Of a stretch of 64,000 bases of DNA, positions 1 through 12,398 are shown in pieces. Origin of the DNA: Eledone cirrhosa (lineage: Eukaryota); assembly GCA_964016885.1 (NCBI GenBank), contig OZ024740.1, positions 222,952,001 through 223,016,000 of the forward strand, in the 5' to 3' direction. Both the position numbers and the translations under genes were made by a program. Numbering within the stretch: the first letter of the stretch is position 1; every line of letters starts with the position of its first letter. The notes beneath the pieces were generated by a model that was not told the DNA's origin, did no database searches, and worked only from the letters and a program-made list of their open reading frames with translations.

Positions 1-200
1 ACGACAAATAAATAAATAAATAGATAAAGGTATAGATGTTTATAGCTAATATAGAGCACTCAACAAGTTCCTGGAGCAAATAATCAATGAAAATAAACAT
101 TAAATCACCCAGTATGTAATTATGCATATACATACACATACACACACACACACACGAAACCATACAAATACACACATATATACATACATATACATACAAA

Positions 201-456
201 GGCGTGTGGCTGAGTGGTGAAGGCGTGTGGCTGAGAGATGAAGGAGTGTGGCTGAGTGGTTAGAGATTTGGATTCACAATCTTGAGGTTGTGAGTTCGAT
301 TCCTGGACCGGGCGCTGCGTTATGTCCTTGAGCAAGGCACTTTATTTCACGTTGCTCCTTCTACCTGGAGTTGCGACCGATAGATAGTATTAGCAACTGG
401 AAAGACCGAGGAAACATTGTCTCCTCGGTCCGATTTGACGAAAGTCGATCGTTCCT
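201..456 (+). mobile_element. tRNA-derived CORE-type SINE with triplicated A-box head
   Basis: A box TGGCTGAGTGG, B box GAGTTCGATTCC (292-303), then CORE-like TGTCCTTGAGCAAGGCACTTT; the 21-bp head unit occurs three times (201, 222, 243); 3' end approximate. Confidence 0.75.
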
Positions 457-593
457 ATACATACACATACATATATATACATATAGGAAAAAGTATGACC
501 CCGACGGCAGAGCTCAAGCCGTCTCTAAGGCAATTATATATATGCACATATAAACACATACATATCTACAAAATGTTACGTCACCACCTTAAT

Positions 594-685
<92 letters not shown>

Positions 686-721
686 ATATATACACACACA
701 TATATACATACAGATATATAT

Positions 722-1088
722 AAAAAGCGAACGATATGTTGGCATGACTCAGGACAGGTTCAAATCCAAGTTTTATGCACATGTCGCTTCTTTTAAACAA
801 CCTGCTAAGACAACAGCAACGGCTCTAGCAAATAAGGTGTGGGAAATCAAGGATAAACACATCCCGTACTCTATCGATTGGTTTATTTTAGACCCTTCGA
901 GGGAATACCAAAGGGGCACAAATATTTGTTCGTTGTGTTCCACTGAAAAATTTAGGAATCTACAAAACCTGAAAGCCACTTCAACTTGTCTGAACTCCAA
1001 GACCGAAATCTTCAGATGTTGTCCTCACGTGAAATCACATCTGATCTGTAACTGGATTGACATTCCTACGATGACTCAACCACCTTGA
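722..1088 (+). pseudogene. Penelope-like (Naiad-type) GIY-YIG endonuclease C-terminal fragment
   Basis: YVGMTQDRFKSKFYAH...LANKVWEIK..YSIDWFIL...CSLCSTEK...LNSKTEIFRCCPH, matching the PLE C-termini at 46.5 kb and 60.3 kb. Confidence 0.85.
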
Positions 1089-1413
1089 ACTTCTTCTCTG
1101 CTCTCTACGCTTTACATCCACTACGATTTTTATTACTTTTTGAACTCCCTTTCTGTACTCTTATATTCTTTTTATCCCTTACCTCCCCTTATATTTAAAC
1201 TTTTTCCCATGTCATTTATTTTCCTTATTCCCCCTACTTTCTAACTTACCCTTTACATACCCACCTTTTTTATTTATAGATATTTATTTCTGTGTCTATA
1301 TATTGTTGTGTATATGTATATATATATATATATATGTATATGTATATATAATTATATATATATATATGTATATGTATGTGTGTATATAGTTGTATTTTTT
1401 ACATATATCTGTA

Positions 1414-1542
<129 letters not shown>

Positions 1543-1612
1543 ATATGTGTCTATGTCTATATATAATTGCTTCAGAGACGGCTTGAAATCTGCCGTCGGG
1601 GTCATACCTTTT

Positions 1613-1665
<53 letters not shown>

Positions 1666-2645
1666 ATGTATATATATGTATGTGTATGTATATATATGTA
1701 TATATGTGTGTATTTGTATGGTTTTGTGTGTGTGCGTGTGTATATATATATATATGTGTATGTATATGCATAATTACATACAGAGTGATTTAATGTTTAT
1801 TTTCACTGATTATTTGCTCCAGGTATTTGTTGAGTCCACTATATCAGTTATAAACAATATACCTTTATCTATTTATTTATTTATTTATTATTTATCGTAT
1901 TCCCAACTATTTGTTTACCCCTTTCACCTTTTTATTTTTTATATATATATATATGTATGTGTATATTTATGTATGTATGTGTATGTGTATGTGTGTGTGT
2001 GTGTGTATGTATTTATTTATAATTATGTATGTGTATGTGTAATTGTGTGTATTGCTTACCACGTGTGTTTGTTCATTTATTTGTGTCCTTTCCTGTATCG
2101 CTGTCAACTTTATAATAATTTTTACGTTTATTTTTATTTTTATGTGACAGCCTATATGGTCCTCTATTGTTTTTTATTTTTATTATTATATTTTTTCTTA
2201 TAATTAGTTGTGTTGGTGCGTATGTAGGTGTGTGTACATATATCTATATTTGTGTGTGCGTATGTATGCGTGTATATATGTGTGTATGTATGTGTGTGTA
2301 TGTACGTGTGTATATATGTATGATTATGTGTTTGTATATATACATATATATGTGTGTGTTTGTGTATTTGTGTGTATGTATGTACATGTATATATATGTG
2401 TATTTGTACGTGTGTATATATATGTGTATGTATATATATATATATATATATGCATATATATGTATATATATGTATATATGTGTGTGTATGTATATGCGTG
2501 TGTGCATGTGTGTGTGTGTGTATGTGTGTTTAACTACTTTTATACTTATTCTTTTTCCTTTCCTTCTTCCTTTTCCAGCCTCACTTTCATATAGATTATA
2601 TTTTTGTTTTTAAATCCACTGTCAATAAATAAACCGGGACTTTTA

Positions 2646-2700
2646 CATTCTGATGATTGAAAGCAAATTGTGTTTGCTTTCAAGAAACCACTGGTAAATG
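2646..2700 (+). ncRNA. Type I hammerhead ribozyme in a pLTR-like segment
   Basis: catt-CTGATGA-ttgaaagcaaa(ttgtg)tttgctttcaa-GAAA-cc(act)gg-TA-aatg; all three stems pair. Confidence 0.85.
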
Positions 2701-2822
2701 AAATAATTATCTCATGTTGTTTATTACATAACTATTAAGCTCTGTAACCTACATAGAGCACTCTTTTTTGCTGGACCTTTCCGACGGAATTACTTCATTT
2801 ATATATACATATATATTTATAT

Positions 2823-3557
2823 AATCAAGGTTTAGCAAATAGAGAAAAAGTTTTAAAGTAATTTTTTAAAATGTTACTGTACTTACTGTATTTAACCTTA
2901 CTGCGCAGGTTCAAGTCCCAAAATAAATGGATAATCCATGCGGAAGACCATTGAGAAGGAGACTTTCGTCAGAGGGTTCTTTTCACTCGGAGAATATAAA
3001 ATTCCCTAGTTCAAATCACGAACTGCCACTATACTGAACTGTTCCCGGATGAGAGTGTATGATAAAGAAACAATCTTGTCTAGTGCCGTGTGTAAATATA
3101 GAAGGCAAGGGCGGAAAGGTCAATGTCCTGCCACTAGACATAGCAGCAGTTAAAACGACCAAAATGTTATCTCGACCTTAGGGGTGATTAATAATAATAA
3201 AGTATGTTTTCCTACTTGCAAAAAATACATATAGGGACACATGTATTATCCAACCGTATGCCAATGTGATTATATGGCAGGGTAATAAATTAACGAGCCA
3301 GAACATATATAATCAAGGTTTAGCAAATAGGGAAAAAGTTTTTAAAAGTTTACTGCACTTACTACTTCTACCCTTACCGCGCGGTTTCAAGTTTCAAAAT
3401 GAATGGATAATCCATGTGGAACACCATTGAGAAGGAGACTTTCGTCAGAGGGTTCTTTTCACTCGGAGAATATAAAATTCCCAAGTTCAAATCACGAACT
3501 GCCGCCATACAGAACTGTTCCCGGATGAGAGTGTATGATAAAGAAACAATCTTGCCT
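2823..3557. repeat. Direct repeat, ~250-bp block with 488-bp period, family unknown
   Basis: aatcaaggtttagcaaatag...gataaagaaacaatcttg at 2823-3078 and 3311-3555. Confidence 0.8.
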
Positions 3558-3576
3558 ATTTTATATATATATATTC

Positions 3577-3773
<197 letters not shown>

Positions 3774-4028
3774 TTTATATATATATATATATATATATAG
3801 ATAGATAGATAGATTTCTTTATTTACCATAAAGGCATAAAAAGAAGGGACAAATACAAAGGGGGAGTTTACATATAATCGAGTAAAAAGGGTGTAACATG
3901 AAAATAATCGAAAATAACCTCAAAAGGGAGGGGACGTGATGGGGGTTGCACACACCCCCGAAAAAGTGTGCAATCCTTTGCCCGGGGAGCACATGGAGAA
4001 GGTGCTCCCCTCTCCTTTACTTCTTTAC

Positions 4029-7000
4029 CTACAGGATGGTATACAGAGAAGGCCCATTTACACGAGCCATTCTCGCTACTATCACCCACCTTTCATAAAA
4101 CTGCCTGTGGCCAAGCACCTCTCTCTCCATTCTTATCCTTCTTCCGAAGTGATATCGGAAGAAGTAGACCAGACTATGGCCAGAGAGGAAGTTGCCTGAC
4201 CTCAGACCTTTCAATCGTGTCCACCAAACAACCTCTTTCAACATGGCTATTACGCACAGAAAAACCGCCTTTGCTTCCTTTGTGAAGAGGGGAGGCGGTT
4301 TGATTGTCATCACGGACTCGGCGGTCAATTTAATCGGCGCCACCCGCGACAGCAGTCGTTCGGCGTAGCCCCACAGATCAGCCACGCCCGGGACATTGCA
4401 CCAATGCGTGCGCAACGGTTTCTTCGTGACGCACGCATCTAGGGCAAATCTTTTTTGAGGGATCCCTGCCCGGGCGCCCGTGTCTGTAGAGCCTCTCTCG
4501 AACGGGTAGAGCCCCCCGGTAGCACTGCCAGGCCAGTGACTTCTGGAAGTTGTCCATTGGTCCAGGGCCGAAAGTCCTACCGAACAGGCTGGCCAGTTCG
4601 TCTTCTTTCATGTCCAGCGACTCTCCAAGGGTGTCATCGCCCCTGCTAGCCACCAGCCCTCTATAGAATGATGAGGTGGATTCTCCACCGATGGCCTGGC
4701 CCGCTTGCCAGAGAGCCCTGAGCGCCTGAGCACACTCAGTGTGCCAGTCTCCCAGTTTTCCGGATCTTTGCTTGACCCAGGACTGTAGCTCGGTGAGCGA
4801 GACGAGTCTCGGAAAGGCTCGTTTCACGAACGGAGCCCATACCGGTTGACCAGTGAAGAATACCTGTAGGTGCCGTAGCCTTAATGCGTGCCTACGCATC
4901 ATCAACCACGGTATCCCCAGCCCTCCTTTCGAAGGTTGTTGGCAGCAAATGGATCTTCTCACCATAGGAGGGCGCTTCTTCCAAAGAAATTGGAAGAGCA
5001 TGCGTTCCATGGTGGTGAGTGTTTCCTTAGGGCAAGGCACGACAGTCAGGCGGTAGTAAGTGACGGATGCTATGTAAATGTTCGCCACCTCCGCCCGGCC
5101 TTTTAGGGACAGCTTACACTTGGCCCATTTCTGGGTTAGTGCAAACACCTTGTTCGTAACCTCGTTCCAGTTCTTTTCCACCTGGAGGTCCGGTCCAAAC
5201 CAGACCCCAAGCAACTTTACCGGGCCCTCCGTCCAGTGTCCGACGACACCGTCAGGAGACATCGGTCTGCCTCTCCACGTTCCAAGTTGCAGCCCGATGG
5301 ATTTTTCCCGGTTCAGTTTCGCTCCTGACAACCTTTCGTACTCCTCCAGTAAGGTACCGATCGCCTCGATCTCCGAGTCGGTCGATACCATTACTGTTAC
5401 GTCATCGGCGTAGGCCGACACCGCTTTGCTCAATCCTGGTTCCAGGGGGATACCCTGCAACAACTCCAACTTCCTCAGTAAAGGCTCGAGAGTCAATACG
5501 TACAGAAGGGAGGAGAGAGGGCACCCCTGTCGAATGGATCGTGTGATTTCAAACGGCTTCGAAAGATAGCCGTTCACCTTGATCCTAGAACAGATGTGGT
5601 TGCTATGTAAGGCAGTTATCCAGCCTCTGAAAACAGGACCGAACCCAGCCGCCGCTAGCACCGCATCCAGGTAACCATGGTCGACCCTATCGAAGGCCTT
5701 AGACTGATCCAAGTTGATCAGGGCCCCACCGAAGCCGGGTTTGTTGCCAACACTCTCTATGATGTATCGCATGAGGTGGAGGTTATCGTGAATGGACCTG
5801 GATGGGATAGCACATGTCTGCGCATCTCCCACCAGGCCACCCACGACAAGCGCCAACCTCTTTGCTAACACCTTGGCCAAAATCTTTAACTCTGTGTTTA
5901 GCAGGGTTATGGGCCGAAAATTATTTATACTATCCCCCTTGTTCTCGTCCTTCCTCACCAGCGTGACTACGCCCTTGGCTACAGAACAAGGAATTCTCCA
6001 GTTCTGCTGCCAATTGCAGTAGACCGCTTCGAGGAGTTCGGAGAAGAAGACCGGCATTGCTAAATAAAGTTCATAAGGTATACCATCGAGACCTGGAGAT
6101 TTGCGTCTGCTGCATTGGCTCAGCGCATCTCCGATCTCATCAGCCGAGATTGGTCCCTCGCAGGACTCTGCCTCTTCGCTCGAGAGACGCGGCAGGCCGT
6201 CGAGGTATGGACCGAAATCCACGCCCCCGCCCGGACCCTCGCCTCCCCCGAACAATCGGGCAAAGTGCCTTTGAAAGGCCTCGCACATCTGCATAGGCTC
6301 CCGGATCACCCGTCCATCTTCGTCTTGCAACGACCGGATGGTGGATCGATTTCCACTCTTAGCTTCTGTCACGCGGGCCCATCCAACGGCTTTGGCCCCC
6401 TCATTACCTAGAGCACGTATTTTACTTCGAATGACGCAGCCTTCGTGCTTTGCATCGAAAAAATGGTTCAAGGCCGTCCTCGATGCCAGCACTCTGGCCA
6501 CATCTTCGCTCTTGATTGCCTCTTCTAATTTTCCTGTTAATTCTTTCTCGTTTCTATTCCTATCGGCAGCTAACATCTTGCTATAACTTTTTGATTCTGT
6601 TCTAATCTCTCTTTTGAGAGATGCCCACCATCGGTTGTTGACGATTGCACCCGTCAACCTCTCCTTAACTAATCTGCTAATCCGGTTTCTGTAAGTCTCT
6701 TTTGCCGGTAAAGACAAATTAAGTTTCCAGTAACCGGGACCCTGTCTATGTGTTTTCTCGAGATTGACCACGCAGGTCACTAATTTGTGATCCGTGTAGC
6801 CAACCGTGCGCATTTCTGGACAGCTTAATATGTCCCTATCCTTACTTCTAACTAAGAATCTATCTAAGTACGATCTAGATTGACCACTGTGGTTTCTCCA
6901 AGTCCAGGTAGGCACAGTTGGAAAATCTAGTCGATATCTATCGACCAAGTTAAAACGGTCGAGTAACCCCTTGAGGCTGTTACACCCCCCTCTATTAGGA

Positions 7001-7467
7001 CATGCTCCTGCATAGTCCCAACGTGCATCCAGGATGTCATTCCAATCCCCCGCTAGAAGCAGGGAACGCGACGTTCCCAGAAAAGTCTCCAAACGCTGGA
7101 AGAAGTCGGGCCGTTCAGCTCCGAAAGGGGAGTAGACGGCGACCAGTCTCAAGGCCGCACTTTCACTACTGCCAACGTCTAGCACCAACAAACGACCCTC
7201 CGGGTCCGAGTGCACAACCTGTACGGCAAGACCCAGGTGTTTTTGCAGCAGTACGACAACCCCACCCCCACCTCCAGGTTGACAGAAAGATGCATGCACC
7301 TCAAAGTCATCGAAGGTGGGGGCCAGCTGCCGCACGACGCTGATTCGAGTCTCACAGATAACCATTACATTTATACTACATGACCTGAGGTCATTTAGAA
7401 GCTTTGCTTGCTTCCAAGTTGAGCCCAGGCCACGTGCATTCAAACATCCTACTCTTAACACATCCAT
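4029..7467 (-). pseudogene. ORF2: APE endonuclease + reverse transcriptase + C-terminal CCHC, frameshifted near the C-terminus
   Basis: VGCLNARGL, GDWND, YLDRFL, TDHKL (EN); KSPGLDG, FRPITLLN, DQSKAFDRVDH, RQGCPLS, YADD (RT); CPRC..EETVAHALVQCP; open for 1029 aa, continues in another frame. Confidence 0.92.
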
Positions 7468-7500
7468 GTGGGCGGCAGAGCCAAAGAAGAGTGTAGAGAC

Positions 7501-9402
7501 CTACCTTTCCGCTTCCCGGGGTTCGGGTTGCACGACTTCCATGGGGTCGGGGGTGTTGGGTGAAGGGGTGTCTTGTGGTGGTGTGGGGTCGTCAGTGTGT
7601 GGTGGGGTTGGGGTGTTTGGAGTTGTGTTGGGGAGGGGAAGGGGAGGGGGGAAGCTTTTTAGTAGGACGCGGTTTATGGGTTTGACAGAGGGTGGTCCTA
7701 CGTCCTCCTTAAAATCCTTTTTTTGTTTTTGGTAGAGGTTCATTGGGATCTTTATTAATTTTAAATGTGGGTAGTTTTCTGACGAAACAAAGTTTACACC
7801 TTCGGTTTGTACCGAAGGATTATTGTTTATGAGTTCATTTAATTTATTATTGTTTCTGTTGATGTAAGTATAGTGTAATGTCTTTTTTTCGGATGGTGTG
7901 AGTGTTTCGAAGAGGGGAGGGGCAGGTTTGGTTTTGTTTGTTGCTGGAGGGGTGTTTCCTGTTTTGTTGGATTGTGTTGAGATTTGGGTGGGGGTTGTTT
8001 GTCCTTGTGTGTTTTGCACATGTTTTCTTTTTTTCCTTTTAATCTGTCTGAAGGACTCCGTTTCTTCCTCCGAATTCGTTGGGTTATCTTCAGTGTTGGA
8101 GGGAAGAGGTATGTTTGCTGGTAATGTTTCCGTGTTGGTTTTCTTTGTGGGGGAGATGGATGTCACTATGTTAGACTGTGTTGTGTGTTGTGTCTGCGGT
8201 GGTTGTGTTGTTTTATTGAGTGAGAGGTTGGGTGGGCCTGTATTTTGTTTTGGGGTAATGTGTTGTGACTGTTTGTGTTGTGGTGGTGTTGTGGTTTTAC
8301 TGAGGGACGGGTTGGGTGGGACTGAGTTTTGTTGTTTGTTTATCTGTTGTGGTGGTGGTGGTGGTGGAGCTGGTGTTGGTAGCAGGGTTTTCTTTTTGTT
8401 GAGTTGGGGACAAGCGGCCTTCAGGTGCCCTCTGCCTGCCCAGATATGGCAGGACGGCCTTCTCCCCTCCACGCTAATGTTTATATACCCGTGGTCCTCT
8501 AATAGGATTCTGTCGGGTATTTGGGCGATGCGTTAAGGCTTCATTTGCACTACCAGCTCTATACCTGTTCCACTGAACGCATTGCCTGTGGTTTTCCCAA
8601 TGGAAATCACGTTGTCATTCACTGGATCGATGAAGCCAGCTATGAGCCAGCAGTAGTCCACATCTGGCATCATTGCATCCAGCCATATGCGTTGAGTTCT
8701 TTTCCCCATATAAGATGGATAAAAGGTGAAATTTTTCGAACGAATCGGTGACAAAGCACATTTTTTTGCAGCCGATTCGTTCTTCATGATAATTGCTAGG
8801 CTTCCATACAGTCTGTCTTTTCTTATGAAAGTGGTTTCATTAAGTACTTCTGTGAGTACTGTTTTGATATCTGCTCGAGAAGGCTGTTCAGGTTTTTTTG
8901 TACTGTTGTTGATGGTCCGAAACTTGACCGTTCGGCTTTCAATGTCTTTGGTGAATTCTTGAGGCATTTTTACCGATAAAATACCATTCTCTCCTTCACT
9001 TATGTATTGTTTGGCGTCTGTGATCCTTCGTGCCACATCTGAAATATTTTCCGCTATATAAGTCAAAGATTTCTTTGTTTTCTGTGCAAATGAAATCTTG
9101 TCGTCTGCTTTGCTTTCTGATATGGTGTTATTTTCAAATGTTATTTTTGTGTTTGTTGTGTCTTTGTTTGTGTTATTGGTATTGTCATGCAATTTTTCAA
9201 ATTTTTTTTTTTCGTTGTTGGAATCCATGTTCAGATTTGTGTTTTCGTCATTTTTTTTCTCCGCAGATTCGTCTGTTTTTATTTTAATTTTTCCTTCCTT
9301 CTCTATGACGTTAGTTGGGAAGGAAGGGGGGACTAAAGCGTGCGAGCTTACAACTCTTACCGCTGTCCCCCCACCACTATTTTCGTTCGTTGCGTTTAAC
9401 AT
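7501..9402 (-). pseudogene. ORF1 (gag-like, zinc knuckle, Pro/Thr/Gln-rich tail), broken near 8530
   Basis: Two ORF pieces 9402-8533 and 8472-7501; knuckle CHIWAGRGHLKAACP with the second Cys mutated to Trp. Confidence 0.75.
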
Positions 9403-9689
9403 TTCTGTTAGACGATTGAAATTTTTTACACAAAATTTTTTAAAACAGGTTTTTCACCTCTAGGAGGGGTAAAGATGAGCTGACCCACCGCCTGACAGTT
9501 CAGACGGAGGGTCAAGCTACACAATTGTATCAAAATTAAGTTTGAACTCACAAAATTTCCTCAATAAATTTGAACAAAACTTCTGTGCGAAGTGAATGAC
9601 ATCCACACTGTAGAACAGACGACAGCTAGATCTATATATATATATATAGAGAGATAGATAGATATAGATATATAGATATAGATATTTAT

Positions 9690-9770
9690 ATATAAGTATG
9701 TATACGTACATACATATATGTATACAGACGTACAGTAGTATGTATATATATATATATATATACATACATG

Positions 9771-9857
<87 letters not shown>

Positions 9858-10765
9858 GCATGGATTCAACGAACATTTATTATAATGCTCGGTGTGTTTG
9901 TAAAAAAACATGCCGAATTAAGCCGTACAGTGTCTAGCAACCATCGTTGCTCATTTGTTCAACACTGACAAAGGAACGCTGTACTAGTTTCAAGCTTATT
10001 AGCTATCGTCAGCAACGTATACCTTCCTGCATATCTAATAAGCTTGAAACTAGTACAGCGTTCCTTTGTCAGTGTTGAACAAATGAGCAACGATGGTTGC
10101 TAGACACTGTACGGCTTAATTCGGGATGTTTGTTTCCAAACACACCGAGCATTATAGTAAATGTTCGGTGAATCCATACGTACATATATATATGTGTGCA
10201 TGTATGTATATATATATATATATATACATACTACTGTACGTCTGTATACATATATTTATGTACGTATACATACATTATATTTAAGTAACAGCCGCACTAA
10301 GTGTGAGAAATGAAATTTCGTTTTATTTTCTCCGTTTATCGTTTTTGGTGCGCCCGGCCGATTAACTCACTCGATATGCAAATTAGGCTGCTCAGCCGTT
10401 AATATGCATAAGGAAAGTATATACTTTGAGACGGTCAATCACCTGGCAGGAAGGTATACGTTGCTGACGATAGCTAATAAACTTGAAACTAGTACAGCGT
10501 TCCTTTGTCAATGTTGAATAAATGAGCAACGATGGTTGCTAGATACTGTACGGCTTAATTCGGGATATTTGATTACAAACACACCGAGCATTATAATAAA
10601 TGTTCGGTGAATCCATATGTACATATATATATGTGTGCATGTATGTATATATACATACTACTGTATGTCTGTATACATATATGTATGTACGTATACATAC
10701 TTATATTTAAGTAACAGCCTTACTAAGAGTTAGAAATAAAATTTCGTTTCATTTTTTCCGTTTAT
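9690..10765. mobile_element. Family A HHR-containing tandem repeat (retrozyme/pLTR-like): inverted arm 9690-10030 plus ~1.7 direct units (439-bp period)
   Basis: Unit ...cgttg CTGACGA tagctaataagctt GAAA ctag TA cagcg...; HHRs at 9977-10017(-) and 10459-10499(+). Confidence 0.85.
10459..10499 (+). ncRNA. Minimal type I hammerhead, family A
   Basis: Stem I cgttg/cagcg, core CTGACGA..GAAA, palindromic stem III ACTAGT, GUA triplet. Confidence 0.85.
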
Positions 10766-10788
10766 ATATATATATATTTACAAGTGGT

Positions 10789-11040
10789 TACACAACAGTT
10801 AGTTCACCATACCGAGAACAAGTGTTTCACCTAAGGGGATCCTCAGCTCGTAATGGACATGGTTAATCGGTTGTCCTTCTTGTTCCGTATATCCATGTCC
10901 ATTACAAGCTGAGGATCCGTAAGCTGAAACACTTGTTCTCGGTATGGTGAACTAGCTGTTGTGTAAGAACTTCTACCTAATTCGTCCCATGGACTGAGTG
11001 CTATACCACTACGGATATTACCTTCCAGTGTTCTAGAACT
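10789..11040. mobile_element. Solo fold-back pLTR, family C (pLTR of the PLE at 60-61.7 kb), with two HHRs
   Basis: Arms 10789-10863 and 10893-10965; HHR cgag CTGAGGA tcc(cctta)ggt GAAA cacttg TT ctcg at 10813-10850(-) and 10905-10941(+); matches 60030-60195. Confidence 0.85.
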
Positions 11041-11054
11041 ATATATATATATTT

Positions 11055-11128
<74 letters not shown>

Positions 11129-11161
11129 TACATGAATCAAAGTTCTGTTCAAATCATTTAT

Positions 11162-11210
11162 TCGCTTACAATTGTTTCTTCCAAACCGAGGTTTGGTGTC
11201 TTCGGAGCAA
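11162..11210 (-). ncRNA. Type I hammerhead with U4C core variant
   Basis: ttgct CCGAAGA ca-ccaaac(ctcg)gtttgg-aa GAAA caattg TA agcga. Confidence 0.7.
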
Positions 11211-12276
11211 TTTTTCAATGATTGTCTACATACTTGACCTCCTTTTCAACACAAGAGACATACAGAAACATGTGTATATATTGATGCACAGTGGGTTGAC
11301 ATCCATTATAATATTTAAGCATGGCAGTTTACATTCAAAGATTAAAGTCATATTAAAAGAAAATTACAACAAAATTAAAATTATAATACAACATTGGCAG
11401 TTTACGATGATGATGCAAGAAGATAGTTAGAAGTAGTTAGTTACACGTGGGGCATGCACGTGTGTCCTATTTATATAAGATTATAGCGCGGTAAGGTGTT
11501 ATATGGAATATAAGCACTTTAAGCGGGCAATCAAGAGTATTAAGGGGGTTGTATAGTATTTTATATGTATGATATAGAAGTTTGTCTGCAGAGAAATATT
11601 TAAAATATTTAAAATATTAAGAATGAGAAGCAAAACAGTGTTATGGTTTTTCGTATACACCACCATTTTCACAATCCAGGAAACGTAATATATAGATTAT
11701 ATGTTCTTCACATAATCTACGATGATTCAATATTGGGTGCTTGATGAATTAGGCTGGAATATTACATCTTGTTGTTCTTTAATCCAATATTATATATCAG
11801 GTTGTTTATGTTGCGAGGCTTAACATCGTATTATTTTCCGGAAGTGTATGTGTGATTAAGGGGAGTTAATGCGTGAGTAGAGGTAACTAGCTGATTTCTA
11901 TAACTAAAATTTATTATCCTAAAGTACATTAAATGGTGTCACACATAAGTCCCTATCATATAGGTTAAAAAGAGTTTCTAAGTATAAGTATCCTATCTAT
12001 AAATTACAGTCTAGTCTATTAAGAGGTACTAAAGTTGTTCATATTAGGATGATTACCCTCTATCATAGAGTGCCACAACTGAATATTCTACATGAAGAGT
12101 GAGATCCCCAAATCAATGATTTTTGCAAGTGTAGTCTACCCGCATAACCTGGTAATTAGGTAGTAATAAATTACTGTCTTTCACTGTTTAGGGTATAAAA
12201 TATATATAACTAGAAAAGGTTTTAGTATATACATAACCATAAATAGTATCCTTAATACTATATATATATTTTTTTT

Positions 12277-12312
<36 letters not shown>

Positions 12313-12398
12313 TATATATTTATATATATATTTATATATATATATATTTATATATTTATATATATATTTATATATATATATTTATATATTTATATATA

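Larger units (their letters stand above)
3812..9630 (-). mobile_element. Near full-length Tx1/L1-clade non-LTR retrotransposon
   Basis: Two ORFs 33 bp apart, AATAAA near the 3' end (~3817-3822 minus), flanked by (GATA)n/(TA)n; 5' boundary approximate. Confidence 0.9.

Noticed and set aside
243-315. Possible tRNA gene
   Set aside because: No complete cloverleaf, and it runs into a CORE domain; this is a SINE head
3040-3085. CGGATGA...GAAA caatcttg TC as a hammerhead
   Set aside because: Stems I and II do not pair
7898-8536. 212-aa Cys/Val/Gly-rich plus-strand ORF
   Set aside because: Antisense shadow of the C/A-rich LINE ORF1 tail
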